From Desulfobacterales bacterium (GTDB lineage: Bacteria > Desulfobacterota > Desulfobacteria > Desulfobacterales > UBA5852), in the NCBI GenBank assembly GCA_963674755.2, contig CAXXVS010000002.1, forward strand, positions 128,001 to 192,000: a stretch of DNA of 64,000 nt, in the 5' to 3' direction. Positions 19,916 to 30,069 of this stretch are shown piece after piece. The position numbers and the translations under genes were made by a program. The notes below the pieces were generated by a model. It saw only the letters and a program-made list of their open reading frames with translations, was not told the DNA's origin and made no database searches. The number at the start of each line of letters is the position of its first letter. The stretch's first letter is position 1.

Positions 19916-19928
19916 AGCGCGTGCCTCT

Positions 19929-20315
19929 TCAGGTGAGGGGTGACTTGGTGCCGCGTACGAGGCTGAAGACAGAATCCAGGATGATGCAGACGGGCACCAT
20001 GAATAACCCGGCCACCGTTGACGGCAGATCAACCGCGGGCCACTTCACCGCGACAACCACCGGGGCGGCCCAGAGCAGATAGCGTCCCAATTGGGCGGCC
20101 AGAGTCAGCAGGGCTCCCCGTCGGTGGTTGCCCGTCAGCTTCCGGGTCAGGCTGTGGCCCATCAGAACGAAATTGAGGCAACTGAACAGGCTGCCCAGCA
20201 AAATTCCCCGGGTCGCCGTCGGCCAGCCGGCCATGTAGACGCCCAGGCCGACCAGGATCGCGGCCGTGAGGGCGCCACCGCAATAACGCCGCTGAAAGGG
20301 TTTAATCGCTTCCAT
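19929..20315 (-). CDS. atpI: ATP synthase subunit I (AtpI)
   Basis: Four TM segments, LG..FS.LNF and GRY motifs, position before atpB. Confidence 0.8.
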   Translation of the reverse strand: MEAIKPFQRRYCGGALTAAILVGLGVYMAGWPTATRGILLGSLFSCLNFVLMGHSLTRKLTGNHRRGALLTLAAQLGRYLLWAAPVVVAVKWPAVDLPSTVAGLFMVPVCIILDSVFSLVRGTKSPLT

Positions 20316-20583
20316 GGTCGGTCCCTGAATCCGAATCTGATGCGTCTGCAAAGGTTTCCATGATTTGCCGATAGGACACCACGCCCCCGCCGATGATGCC
20401 GAACAGGGTCAGCAGAACCGTCAGGATGCCGCGGCTGCCGAACCAGCGATCCAGATAGCGTCCGGCGAAAAAGCAGGCGACGATGCAGCCGGCCATGGTG
20501 AGTCCGACTTGCAGGACGATGGCGAGGTTTTCGGCCCAGGGCCGTTGTTGCTTGTAGTCCAGAACCATGGCGATCGGCAGCAT
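20302..20583 (-). CDS. AtpZ/AtpQ-family (ATPase gene 1) protein
   Basis: Two TM segments with G.YLDRWFG motif, first gene of the atp cassette. Confidence 0.8.
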   Translation of the reverse strand: MLPIAMVLDYKQQRPWAENLAIVLQVGLTMAGCIVACFFAGRYLDRWFGSRGILTVLLTLFGIIGGGVVSYRQIMETFADASDSDSGTDHGSD

Positions 20584-20684
20584 CAGTTAAAAGATTTGAT
20601 GGATCGCGCGTGAGGTTCAGTTTGTACGTCAGGTCCGCGGGGTCCGCAGTGAACGGGAGAAGGGGGGGAATAGGCAATGTTCAT

Positions 20685-20713
20685 TTTTTAGATAGCTTTT
20701 CGTCATTTGTCAA
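20685..20713 (-). promoter_or_regulatory. Candidate sigma70 promoter of the F0 cassette
   Basis: TTGACA-N17-TAAAAA on the minus strand. Confidence 0.35.
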
Positions 20714-20884
20714 ATGGTCACCATTATAGTATAGAAATTTCCAGGCACACCGCAGCCTGCGACACCGCTTTGCGAAACGTGCATGCCCATTAATTCCTCT
20801 TCCCGACAGATCCCTTCCTGTTCATGGCTCCGCTGCCGATATGCACACCCCCAAACATCACAACCACTACCACAGGAGGTTGCC

Positions 20885-21505
20885 ATGGCCGTTCTCACCA
20901 TTTCGCGCATGTTTGGGACCGGGGCCGAGGCTTTGGGAGAAACCATCGCGAAACGCCTGGGCTACACTTTTTATCACAACGAACTGATTCAGCTGGTAGC
21001 CAGGAAGGCCAAAGTATCTACGGATTGGGTCAAGTCCATGGAAAAGGAGGCGGGCGGTAAATTCCAGAAGCTCATGACGTCTCTGGTTCCCAAAAGCCTG
21101 GTGGACAGGGTCCTCGATTCGGAGCGCGGCTATCTGGATGAAGAGATCTACACGGACATGCTGCAGCACATCATCACCAAGATCGCAGAGACCGGCGATG
21201 CCGTCATCCTCGGCCGCGGCGGACAGTATATCCTGAAGGACCGCGCGGATACCTACCATATTCTTCTCGTGGCGGATCTCGACCACCGGGTGAAGTATGT
21301 ACAGGCGCAGTACGACCTGATCCCCAAGCAGGCCATGCTGCTGGTGGCTATGGAAGACAAGCGGCGCGTGCAGCTCTACCGGAAATTCGGCAGGGTCGAT
21401 TATGACCAGACGGATCACTACCACGTGGTGTTCAATATGGCGCGCATGGAAATGGAAAGGGCCTGCGATATGCTCTGCACCCTGCTGGGAAGCTGCCGAT
21501 TCTGA
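20885..21505 (+). CDS. Cytidylate kinase-like family protein
   Basis: LTISRMFGTG and VILGRGG motifs; SD AGGAGG. Confidence 0.85.
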   Translation: MAVLTISRMFGTGAEALGETIAKRLGYTFYHNELIQLVARKAKVSTDWVKSMEKEAGGKFQKLMTSLVPKSLVDRVLDSERGYLDEEIYTDMLQHIITKIAETGDAVILGRGGQYILKDRADTYHILLVADLDHRVKYVQAQYDLIPKQAMLLVAMEDKRRVQLYRKFGRVDYDQTDHYHVVFNMARMEMERACDMLCTLLGSCRF

Positions 21506-22182
21506 TGCCCGTGCAACGGGGGCGGCGCAGCTTAAAAATGATCCGGGGGCAGGCGCGACGCCTTGCCCCCGGGACACATAAGGTGAGGTTTTGAAATCCG
21601 GCAACTGACGGCAACAGCCGTCTCATTCCCCAATGATCAGCCTGATACCATGTTTGTCAGCATATTGCCGGCGAATTTCGGAAAAACAAAAGCAAATAGC
21701 ATGCCTCCCGATTGCGTTCCCGCAAGCCCCTGACCACATTGATTCTCCTGGGATTACAGTATTTGCCGAGCGTTACGGCCCGTATTGTTTTGATAATGTG
21801 GGCCATGAAGATGTGTATTATTGTGTACGTGTGGAGCAGGGGCGCCGCCCCGGCCGGCGATCGGTCCGAACCACTGCTGTTTTACACTTGAAGGGACCGC
21901 CAGGCCCTTACGTGGCGGTTTGCCGTGCAGGCTGCATCCCTATCGGTTGCCGCATCGCGGCGTTTCAAAGAAGACCCTGGCGGATGACCTGTCACCGCTG
22001 GCCGAGCACCCGCAGCCTTTCCGGTTGCCTTTGCCGATGGCGACAGTTCCTTCAAGAGGGACCTTCGCCCATTGAAACCCATCGGAATTTTTAGTAGGCT
22101 CAAAACCGAGGTGTCGATTTCCGGGCGTACGGGTAGGGGAGGATTCCGGGAAGGGTGCCCGGGAGGAGTGGCGGTGGCTTCT

Positions 22183-23478
22183 ATGAAACAGCACTGGTTA
22201 AGATCCAATGGCCGGGCCGTGGTGGGCCTGATCGCGGTCGGCTTGTGCGTGCTGATCGGTCTGCCATCACTGTGCGCTGCCTTCCAGGGACGCCAAGCTT
22301 TCCAGAACGCCGTCATCGATTACCGCTCACGACTGAATCCCCACTATAAAAAGATCGCACGCTCTCAAACGAAGTATATCATTGTCCATACCTCCGAACT
22401 GGGATTGCAGAGCACGCTGCGGGTGGTTTCCCAGGGCAAGCGGTTTCCCAGTGGACGGCGGACCTATGGCGGCCACGCCAATTACGTCATCGCCCGCAAC
22501 GGGCGCTGCTACCGCATCCTGGACAAACACTATGTGGCCGATCACGCCGGACGGAGCATGTGGAACGGTGACACGGATATTAGCCGGCTATCCATCGGCA
22601 TCGAGCTGGTGGGATATCATTACGCCGCCATCACGGATGCGCAGTACCGATCGGTGGGCAGGCTGATCGAAATTCTCCAGGACGTTTACCATCTGGAGGA
22701 TCGGGCGGTATTGACCCACAGCCAGGTCGCCTACGGGAGGCCGAACCGCTGGTTTCATAAAGACCATCGCGGCCGCAAACGCTGTGCCAAGAATTTTATC
22801 CGCGCCAAGGCCGGATTGGGGCCCACCTGGCGCTATGATCCTGATGTGCGGGCCGGACGCCTCACCGCCGATACGCAACTGGCGGAAGTCTTCTATGGAC
22901 GGGATACGATGGATGTCCAGTTGGCGGAAGCCAATCTCATCTCCAAGCGCAATACCGCCTGGGCCATCGCGGGCGAGGATTTCGACAACGCGGCCACGGT
23001 CTATCAATTCCCGAACGGCTCTGTGTACACCGGGGATCAGATCGGAACCAAGGTGGGCTGGGACCGTATTCCCGCTCGCACCGTGGTTTTGCTCAACCAG
23101 GAAAGCGGTCTGGCACCGATTGAAGAAGAAAAGGGCCTGGTCAAAACCATTTCGGACGGTATCACCGCCTGGTCCCTGGCCGGACGGCTGTACAATCGCC
23201 ACACGACCATTTACTTTTTGCCCTCCGGTCATGTCAAAAACGGCAGCATGATCGACGACTGGGATGATCTGCCGGTGCGCACCCGGTTGATCATCGGCTA
23301 CCGGGGCCCTTACGAGCTCCGTAAAAACCGCTCCGCCTACCGCATTGCCGGCAAGGACTACAACGCCCAGGATACGATCTATTACCTCCCTTCCAACCAA
23401 CTGCTCAGCGGAAACGCCATCAAAGACTTCAGCCGGCTGCAGGCCGGCACCCTCGTTTTTCTACCCGCGCATCTATAA
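22183..23478 (+). CDS. N-acetylmuramoyl-L-alanine amidase (Amidase_2) with C-terminal extension
   Basis: Signal/TM segment; IIVHTS, ADHAG, SIGIEL and LTHSQV motifs. Confidence 0.85.
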   Translation: MKQHWLRSNGRAVVGLIAVGLCVLIGLPSLCAAFQGRQAFQNAVIDYRSRLNPHYKKIARSQTKYIIVHTSELGLQSTLRVVSQGKRFPSGRRTYGGHANYVIARNGRCYRILDKHYVADHAGRSMWNGDTDISRLSIGIELVGYHYAAITDAQYRSVGRLIEILQDVYHLEDRAVLTHSQVAYGRPNRWFHKDHRGRKRCAKNFIRAKAGLGPTWRYDPDVRAGRLTADTQLAEVFYGRDTMDVQLAEANLISKRNTAWAIAGEDFDNAATVYQFPNGSVYTGDQIGTKVGWDRIPARTVVLLNQESGLAPIEEEKGLVKTISDGITAWSLAGRLYNRHTTIYFLPSGHVKNGSMIDDWDDLPVRTRLIIGYRGPYELRKNRSAYRIAGKDYNAQDTIYYLPSNQLLSGNAIKDFSRLQAGTLVFLPAHL

Positions 23479-23614
23479 CGCCGCTTACAGGATGAATTTT
23501 TGTGACATACTAAAACCTAACCGTGCATATTAATAGACAAAACGCCCTAAGTCTGCCATAAGTGGTCTTGTATTCCATCGTGGTTTAACTCTTCCCTAAC
23601 ATAGGGATCATTCT

Positions 23615-24733
23615 TATTAACCCGGCAATAATAGTTACCAATTATGCTGCGTAAGCAATCTTAGGATGTTTAAAGTATTTTGCAACGCGCCTTGGCAATT
23701 TTTGTAGCATGCGAAGGTGGCTTAGCGCCTTGCTCTTTAATTGGGATTTTGACCTGGCTGGCGCACCGGAATGAACCCCGGCCTTCAAATCACAGTTCAA
23801 ATATTCATCTGGATTCAATTCGGGCGAATACGAGGGCAAAAAGAACAGTTCGATTTTGTCTTTATGCTGATCGATCCAGTCTTTGACAATATGACTATGA
23901 TGAACTCGCAGATTGTCCAAAATCAAAAATACCTTTTTGTCGGCATCTTTTATCAATCGTTTGCAAAATTTGATAAAGGTCTGCGAGTTCATTGTCTGAT
24001 TGTAGATCATGAAACGGACTTTACCCTGATTGGTAATCGAAGAGATCAGGTTGACCCTTTCCTTTTTTGCATTGAGCCGTATGGCAGGCGTTTTTCCTCT
24101 TGGCGCATAGCTTCTGCCATGCTGACTGTCGCTGCAAAGCCCGGTCTCATCCCCCCAATTGATCTCAGCGTCTTCTTTCTTGGCCCTGACTGCAATGGCG
24201 GGATACTCTTCGTCAAGCCATTTTTGAACCAATTTTGGGTTCTGTTCATAGGCTCTGCGCAAAGGCTTTTGGGGGGTAAAGCCCCAGCGGTTGAGGTACT
24301 CACCTACGGTGCGAATCGGCATATTGATGGAAAAAAGCTGCGTGATCAACTGCTGGACAGCCCGACGGGTCCAAAGGGCAAATGGGAACTTGAGTTGATC
24401 AGGGGTTTTATCGGTAATTACCTTTTTCAGCTGCTTTTCCTGCTCTGGATCAAGCGTTCGGCAACTACCGGTTTTGCGCCCCCGTTTCTTTGCCTTAATC
24501 GCATTTTGACCGCCTTTTTCGTAGGCTTTAAATATCTTGCACGCATTAGTGTAGTGAATGCCAACAACCTCACCGATCTCTTTGTAAGTTTTGCCAGCTT
24601 TGCGAAGCCTTACAACTTGTCGGCGCAGTTGCTCTTGAACCTCTGGTTTAAGCTTTCTGGTGTCTGTTGTTTCCATGCGAAGTACTATACCATACTTCGC
24701 AGTATTTTGGTATGAATAATCGCCGGGTTAATA
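23615..24733 (-). mobile_element. IS630-family insertion sequence
   Basis: Terminal inverted repeats TATTAACCCGGC(A/G)AT with a TA dinucleotide at both ends; AT-rich relative to the flanks. Confidence 0.92.
23642..24676 (-). CDS. IS630 transposase
   Basis: HTH plus DDE triad (WGDETG, ILDNL, LNPDE). Confidence 0.95.
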   Translation of the reverse strand: METTDTRKLKPEVQEQLRRQVVRLRKAGKTYKEIGEVVGIHYTNACKIFKAYEKGGQNAIKAKKRGRKTGSCRTLDPEQEKQLKKVITDKTPDQLKFPFALWTRRAVQQLITQLFSINMPIRTVGEYLNRWGFTPQKPLRRAYEQNPKLVQKWLDEEYPAIAVRAKKEDAEINWGDETGLCSDSQHGRSYAPRGKTPAIRLNAKKERVNLISSITNQGKVRFMIYNQTMNSQTFIKFCKRLIKDADKKVFLILDNLRVHHSHIVKDWIDQHKDKIELFFLPSYSPELNPDEYLNCDLKAGVHSGAPARSKSQLKSKALSHLRMLQKLPRRVAKYFKHPKIAYAA

Positions 24734-24773
24734 GCTTTGCGATGACGAAAGATAGTGATGGAGAAGGAAGCGT

Positions 24774-25463
24774 ATGCCGCTAAAAATGAGCCGACGCCTT
24801 GAAATCAAGCCGGCTAGCCTGGCTTACCAAGTGAGCGATTTACTCACCCAGGCCATCCTTGAAGGCGATTTCAAAGGCGGCGATCAGTTGGTTGAATTGG
24901 AGCTTCAAAATCAGTTCGGCATCAGCCGCTCTCCGTTGCGTGAGGCGTTTCGCGAGCTTGAGAAGAAAGGACTTGTGGAAATTATCCCCAGGAGGGGGAC
25001 ATTTGTTAAGAGCATTACGCGCAAGGACGTCATGGATAATTTTCCAGTCCGCGCCGAATTGGAGGGATTAGCTGCCCGTTTGGCCGCCATGAATATGACT
25101 GAAACGGCGATAGGAGAAATGGAAGGCCTACTTGGAAAGATGGAAGAAGCCGTCATGAGGGAAGATACAAAGGCTTATTACGAACACCATTTGGCGTTCC
25201 ATGAGGCCTTTATCGAATGTTCAGGCAATGAGTTATTGATCAATCTACTCAAAAACCTGAGGATGCAAAGTCTTTGGCATCGTTTTTCTTTTCAATATTA
25301 TCAGGAAGATCTTAGAAACGCCTTTGAGATTCACAAAGAGATTTTTAGACTTTTCAAGCAGTCCCCGCCGAATCCGGAAGCATTGGACCAACTTGTAGCA
25401 AAGCATATTTACGTCGCACTTGATCGGTTTATGGCCTATTTAGAGAATTTCGATCATATATGA
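24774..25463 (+). CDS. GntR/FCD transcriptional regulator
   Basis: FGISRSPLREA HTH, FH...GN FCD domain. Confidence 0.93.
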   Translation: MPLKMSRRLEIKPASLAYQVSDLLTQAILEGDFKGGDQLVELELQNQFGISRSPLREAFRELEKKGLVEIIPRRGTFVKSITRKDVMDNFPVRAELEGLAARLAAMNMTETAIGEMEGLLGKMEEAVMREDTKAYYEHHLAFHEAFIECSGNELLINLLKNLRMQSLWHRFSFQYYQEDLRNAFEIHKEIFRLFKQSPPNPEALDQLVAKHIYVALDRFMAYLENFDHI

Positions 25464-25832
25464 TGCGGTTGTATTTTTTAAGAATTCTTGAGCCGGAGTT
25501 TGATGTTTAAAGCGCATACATTTCCGTGTTTATAGGCTGAATGGCCCGTTTTCCGGTCAGACCTTGGATAAACTGGCGTCCCAGGCTCCTTTGGGGCGTT
25601 TCTTGCCTGCGAGGCATTCCTTACCGGATCAAATGGACTATAGTGAGCCCCAGACTCCTGAAAATCTTCCATGGAAACGGATACCCTTTCTACTGCAGGT
25701 GGCACTTTATCTTGCGCCCCGTCGTATACGGCCTGCTGCACGTTCCCTATCGGTGTTGAGGTTGCCGCCTCAGGACGCTGAATCGCCATCGTCCATATAA
25801 CCCGATCTATCCCATTCCTTTCAATGCTTGTT

Positions 25833-26032
25833 AGCGCCTTTCCGGAAATGGCATCTTGCGGTCTCTGGCCCGCCGCCGGTGGACCGGATCCCCGAAAGGG
25901 GATCAATCCACCTTTGGCAGACAAGTCGGCGTTCGCGCCTTCTGTCGGTCCTCGGCGTAGCCGGGCTACGCCTGTGGGCACCAATCGGCGGCCTTGCCAG
26001 AAAGCAGAATCTACCACTTCTTGATGGGCACT
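25833..26032. repeat. ERIC-like/MITE element
   Basis: Ends AGCGCCTTTCCGGAAATGG / CCACTTCTTGATGGGCACT; core GGCGTT...GGCGTAGCCGGGCTACGCC...GGCCTTG shared with the 10.1-kb repeats. Confidence 0.65.
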
Positions 26033-26146
26033 TGTTAACCCCATGCAGTAGTTCCCTTCAGTCCGAAATAAGCATAATATCAATCTGTTAAAAAAAATTG
26101 AGCAGTTAGGCAAAGGGCCAAAAAAAGAATCAGACAAATTTAATGC

Positions 26147-26189
26147 TTGACATTCATTTGTCTACAATATAATTGTCGACAATCGACAA
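26147..26189 (+). promoter_or_regulatory. Promoter with candidate GntR operators
   Basis: TTGACA (26147) and TATAAT (26168), short 15-nt spacer; flanked by TTGTCTACAA and TTGTCGACAATCGACAA. Confidence 0.6.
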
Positions 26190-26214
26190 CAGGAAAATTT
26201 GTAAGGAGGACTCC

Positions 26215-27405
26215 GTGCGATTACTCGAATTTGAAGCCAAATCTGTCTTGAAGCGATTTGGCATCACAACGCCGGCAGGGTTTGTAATCTCAAAGGGTGA
26301 AACGCCTACTGATGAAATCTCAGGACCGGCAATGCTCAAGGCCCAAATTCCGATTGGCGGACGAGGCAAAACTGGCGGCGTGCTGGATGCCGAGGAAGGT
26401 TCCGGATTTCTCCGGCAAATTGACTCCCTTTTTAAGACCAAGATCAGGGGCTACCACCCCAAAAAATTGCTTGTCGAGGAAAAAGCCGAGGTGGCGCAAG
26501 AGTTTTTCATGGCGATCACCTACGACACGGTTTCCAAAGGTCCAATTGCCATTTTCTCGAGCGAGGGCGGGGTGGATATCGAAGAATTAGCCCAAAGCGA
26601 GCCGGAAAAAATTTGCAAGGAACATTTTTCCTTTCGGGACGGGTTGCCCGAATGCCTGGCCCGACAGATTGTTGCCGAAACCGGCATTTCCGGCAAATTG
26701 CTGCTGGGCGTCGGATCGGTGCTGGCCAAGCTGGCCCGAGCCTTTATCGAAACGGATGCCACGATCGCAGAGATAAACCCGCTTGCTGTGACGAATTCCG
26801 GGCAATTGATTGCCTTGGACTGTCATCTGGATATCGACGACGACGCATTGTTCAGACAACAGGAAATGACAGTGATTGAAAAAGACGATTCGCGGATCGA
26901 ATCGTCCCGGAGTCAGTCTGATTTCGAGCGCAAGGCAGCCGAAATTGACAATCTCGACCATCGCGGCGTAGCCGGTCGCGTGATCGAGTTCGACGGAAGT
27001 CTAGGGCTCATCATCGGTGGGGGAGGCGCTTCGTTGACGGCCTTTGACGCGGTTCGCGCCCATGGCGGCAAACCGGCTAACTATTGTGAAATCGGCGGCA
27101 ATCCTTCGGTGCGCAAGGTGCAGGAATTGACACGGCATATCCTCTCTAAACCCGGTGTTGATCAAGTGGCTGTCATTATGAATGTGGTCAGCAATACCCG
27201 GGTCGATCTGGTGGCACGTGGGATTGTTAAGGGAATTCTGGAATCCGGGAAAGATCCTTCGAAAACCGTGGCTGTGTTCAGGATACCCGGCGCCTGGGAG
27301 GACGAAGGGTTCAAAATTTTGGCGAAGTATGGCGTCCGCTACTGCGACCGCAAGGTTTCCATTGATGAAGCCGCAGGAATGGCCGTAGCGAACGTGGCAA
27401 GATAA
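26215..27405 (+). CDS. ATP-grasp acyl-CoA synthetase beta subunit (SucC/citryl-CoA-synthetase-like)
   Basis: LLEFEAK, KAQ..GGRGK.GG and EINPL; GGGGAS and PANYCEIGGNP replace the canonical NGAGL and NFLDVGG; GTG start after AAGGAGG. Confidence 0.88.
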   Translation: MRLLEFEAKSVLKRFGITTPAGFVISKGETPTDEISGPAMLKAQIPIGGRGKTGGVLDAEEGSGFLRQIDSLFKTKIRGYHPKKLLVEEKAEVAQEFFMAITYDTVSKGPIAIFSSEGGVDIEELAQSEPEKICKEHFSFRDGLPECLARQIVAETGISGKLLLGVGSVLAKLARAFIETDATIAEINPLAVTNSGQLIALDCHLDIDDDALFRQQEMTVIEKDDSRIESSRSQSDFERKAAEIDNLDHRGVAGRVIEFDGSLGLIIGGGGASLTAFDAVRAHGGKPANYCEIGGNPSVRKVQELTRHILSKPGVDQVAVIMNVVSNTRVDLVARGIVKGILESGKDPSKTVAVFRIPGAWEDEGFKILAKYGVRYCDRKVSIDEAAGMAVANVAR

Positions 27406-27426
27406 TCAGTCAAAAGGGGATGCACG

Positions 27427-28320
27427 ATGTCGATACTGGCCAACGCAAAAACACGGGTCATCGTCCAAGGCATCACAGGACGGGAGGCCTCTTCGTTTAC
27501 CAAGGACATGATGGATTACGGCACCAACGTGGTGGCCGGTGTAACGCCTGGTAAGAAAGGCCAGACGGTTTATGGGGTGCCGGTTTTCGATACGGTGCGC
27601 CAAGCCTTACAAGTGCATCCGGCCGATGCATCGGTTATTTCGGTGCCGCCGGGGCTTGTCAAGGGCGCAGCCTGGGAAGCGCTTTATAACGGTATCCAAT
27701 TGCTGGTGATTGTTTCCGAGCGGGTGCCGCGCAGAGACACCATCGAGATTCTTGAAATGGCGAAGGAAAAAGGCGCAAGGGTTATCGGTCCGAATACGCT
27801 TGGACTGATTTCGCCAGGCCTTATCAAGTTGGGAATGGCGGGAGGGCCTGTGGAAGACGTCAGCAAAGCCTATATGCCGGGGCCCGTAGGTGTGGCGTCT
27901 AGAAGCGGCGGAATGACGACCGAGGTGGCCAACCTGCTGACAACCAATGGGATCGGGCAGAGTACCTGCATCGGTATTGGCGGGGATCCGGTGGTGGGAT
28001 CGAATTTTCTGGATTTGATCCCTCTCTTCAACCAGGACCCTGAAACCAAAGCCGTGGTGCTGTTCAGCGAACCGGGCGGCGTTATCGAGGAGCATCTGGC
28101 CGACTACGTCACCCAAAACAAAATCGCACTTCCTATCATCGCCTTCATTGCAGGTCGGTTCGTGGACGACATGCCGGGGGTTCGCTTCGGACACGCAGCC
28201 ACCATCGTGGAGGGGGATCGGGGCAGCGCGCGGGGCAAAATCGCCCGGCTTCGGGAGGCCGGTATTCATGTGGCCGAATCCTTTTCGGAAATTGCTCGAA
28301 TTGCAGGGGAATACATTTAG
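27427..28320 (+). CDS. Acyl-CoA synthetase alpha subunit (SucD-like)
   Basis: VQGITG, IGPN, SRSGG, GIGGD and phospho-His RFGHA motifs. Confidence 0.9.
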   Translation: MSILANAKTRVIVQGITGREASSFTKDMMDYGTNVVAGVTPGKKGQTVYGVPVFDTVRQALQVHPADASVISVPPGLVKGAAWEALYNGIQLLVIVSERVPRRDTIEILEMAKEKGARVIGPNTLGLISPGLIKLGMAGGPVEDVSKAYMPGPVGVASRSGGMTTEVANLLTTNGIGQSTCIGIGGDPVVGSNFLDLIPLFNQDPETKAVVLFSEPGGVIEEHLADYVTQNKIALPIIAFIAGRFVDDMPGVRFGHAATIVEGDRGSARGKIARLREAGIHVAESFSEIARIAGEYI

Positions 28321-28333
28321 GAAAGGGGGCATC

Positions 28334-28924
28334 ATGAATCTTAATGACATTGAGAAAAACATCTGGGAGCAGGTGTCCTCGGATCTGGCAGAGGAACGCG
28401 TGGCCAGCCCGGACCATGTGGAACGGATGACAACATGGTGCCAGACATTAGGCCTTGCGGAAGGAGCAGACATGGCAAGCCTGGTCGCCGGGGCACTGGT
28501 CCATGATATCGGCGTACTGTACGACCGCAAGAACCATTACATCGCTGGCAAGCCCGTGGCGGCAAGCATTTTAAAGGAAGCGGGATTGCAGGAAGATAAG
28601 ATCGAACCGGCTCTGCACGTGCTTGAATCGCACAGCCGCTATGGGGGGCCGGCCCCCGAGTCGGTGGAGGCGCGGGTGGGCCAGGACGCGGATGCGCTGG
28701 AGTACATCGGTGCCATCGGCATCATCAGGGCCGTCATCCGGGGGCTTACCGACGGATCCTACAATGCGCGTATCTGTGATTTTCCGGATTACCTGAGGAA
28801 TCTGCTCGGTAAAGTCGAGGGCACGTTTCATACTGAAGCAGCCCGCAAGCTTGGAACAGAGCGCATCGAATACATGCGTCAGTTTCTGAAACGCATCAAA
28901 ATGGAACTCGATGGCGAGGTTTGA
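28334..28924 (+). CDS. HD-domain phosphohydrolase
   Basis: H..R, VHDIG and QDAD.LE.IGAIG motifs. Confidence 0.85.
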   Translation: MNLNDIEKNIWEQVSSDLAEERVASPDHVERMTTWCQTLGLAEGADMASLVAGALVHDIGVLYDRKNHYIAGKPVAASILKEAGLQEDKIEPALHVLESHSRYGGPAPESVEARVGQDADALEYIGAIGIIRAVIRGLTDGSYNARICDFPDYLRNLLGKVEGTFHTEAARKLGTERIEYMRQFLKRIKMELDGEV

Positions 28925-29818
28925 ATGAAAGCATTCGGACTCAACAGATCGGCCTTGTTTGTGCCTGGCAACCGTCCTGAGCGTGTCGACAAGGCCGTAG
29001 CCACGGCTGCCGACCTAGTGATCATTGACCTGGAAGATGCCGTGCCGGTGTCGGAAAAAGTGACCGTGCGCCCAGTGGTTAAAGAAAAACTCGCCCGGCA
29101 TCGGAAGCGTCGATTGATGGTGCGTGTAAACGCTCTCGATACCGGCCTGACAGGAGACGATTTAGCCGGCGTTTTAGGGCCCGGACTGGACATGATTATG
29201 CTGCCCAAGGTGCAAAGTGCCGAGGACGTGAAACGCATGGCCGAGCTCATGCTCGCGGCCGAAAAGGCCGCCGGCTTGGAATCCGGGGCGGTGGGCCTGG
29301 TGGCGCTGATCGAAACGGCCCTGGGCGTGGAAAACGCTTTTGTGATTGCGGCTACGCAGACCGATCCGCCGCGGCTTTACACCCTGGCTTTCGGCGCTGC
29401 AGATTTCAGCCTGGACATGGGGCTTCGGATTTCGAAAACCGGCGAGGAACTGGCGTTTGCGCGCGCCCGGATCGCGTTGGGATGCCGGGCGGCCGGCATT
29501 GATCCGCCTTTGGACACGCCGTTTATGATCGATTTGAAGGACCGGGAGGCGTTTGAAGAAGACGTAAAGCGGGGCCAGCGTCTGGGCTTCGGCGGCAAAC
29601 TCTGCATCCATCCCAATCAAGTGGCGTTCTGCAATCAGCTATTTGTTCCCTCGGAGAAGGAGATTGCCTTTGCCGCCCAAGTGATCACAGCGTTTGAAGC
29701 TGCCGAAGCCAGCGGGCAGGCCGCCATCCAGGTGGACGGCAAATTCATCGACTATCCGGTGGTCGCCCAGTCAAGAAGAATTTTGGAAATCGCGGACCGG
29801 ATCGGCGCGGTGGCATAA
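28925..29818 (+). CDS. CitE-family acyl-CoA lyase (citryl/citramalyl/malyl-CoA lyase-like)
   Basis: RSALFVPG, DLEDAV, VRVN, LIET, FGAAD and GKLCIHP.Q motifs. Confidence 0.92.
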   Translation: MKAFGLNRSALFVPGNRPERVDKAVATAADLVIIDLEDAVPVSEKVTVRPVVKEKLARHRKRRLMVRVNALDTGLTGDDLAGVLGPGLDMIMLPKVQSAEDVKRMAELMLAAEKAAGLESGAVGLVALIETALGVENAFVIAATQTDPPRLYTLAFGAADFSLDMGLRISKTGEELAFARARIALGCRAAGIDPPLDTPFMIDLKDREAFEEDVKRGQRLGFGGKLCIHPNQVAFCNQLFVPSEKEIAFAAQVITAFEAAEASGQAAIQVDGKFIDYPVVAQSRRILEIADRIGAVA

Positions 29819-29846
29819 ACCGAGAACAGATAGAGAGGCCATAACG

Positions 29847-30065
29847 ATGGGTGAATTCGTGCGGGTCGTCATCGACCAGGAGAAATGCGGCAACCCTGAT
29901 GAGGTCAAGGCATGGATCGGGGTTTGCCCGGTGGGGATCTTTGAGATGAAAGACAGGCGGCCTTCCGTAGTGGAGGAAAACGAAGACGAGTGCACGCTTT
30001 GCGGCCTTTGCCTGGAAGCCTGCCCGAAGGGGGCCGTGACCATCGAAAAACTTTACGAACCCTAA
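29847..30065 (+). CDS. Small ferredoxin
   Basis: One complete motif (CTLCGLCLEACP) and a degenerate first motif (C...CP). Confidence 0.85.
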   Translation: MGEFVRVVIDQEKCGNPDEVKAWIGVCPVGIFEMKDRRPSVVEENEDECTLCGLCLEACPKGAVTIEKLYEP

Positions 30066-30069
30066 TGGG

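Noticed and set aside
16871..20583. N-ATPase operon
   Set aside because: Lacks atpD, C, R, A and G, has separate b and b' genes, and the gene order differs.
21540..21620. Small RNA between the kinase-like and amidase genes
   Set aside because: A strong hairpin (21542-21573) is present, but it is adequately explained as a terminator.
21960..22050. c-di-GMP-I riboswitch on the minus strand (GGCAAA...GGAAA)
   Set aside because: Only the first hairpin resembles the motif; the downstream GCAAA and second stem are not evident. An Rfam scan would settle it.
25478..26137. 219-aa minus-strand ORF
   Set aside because: Spans a repeat element and promoter region; no motifs and no SD.
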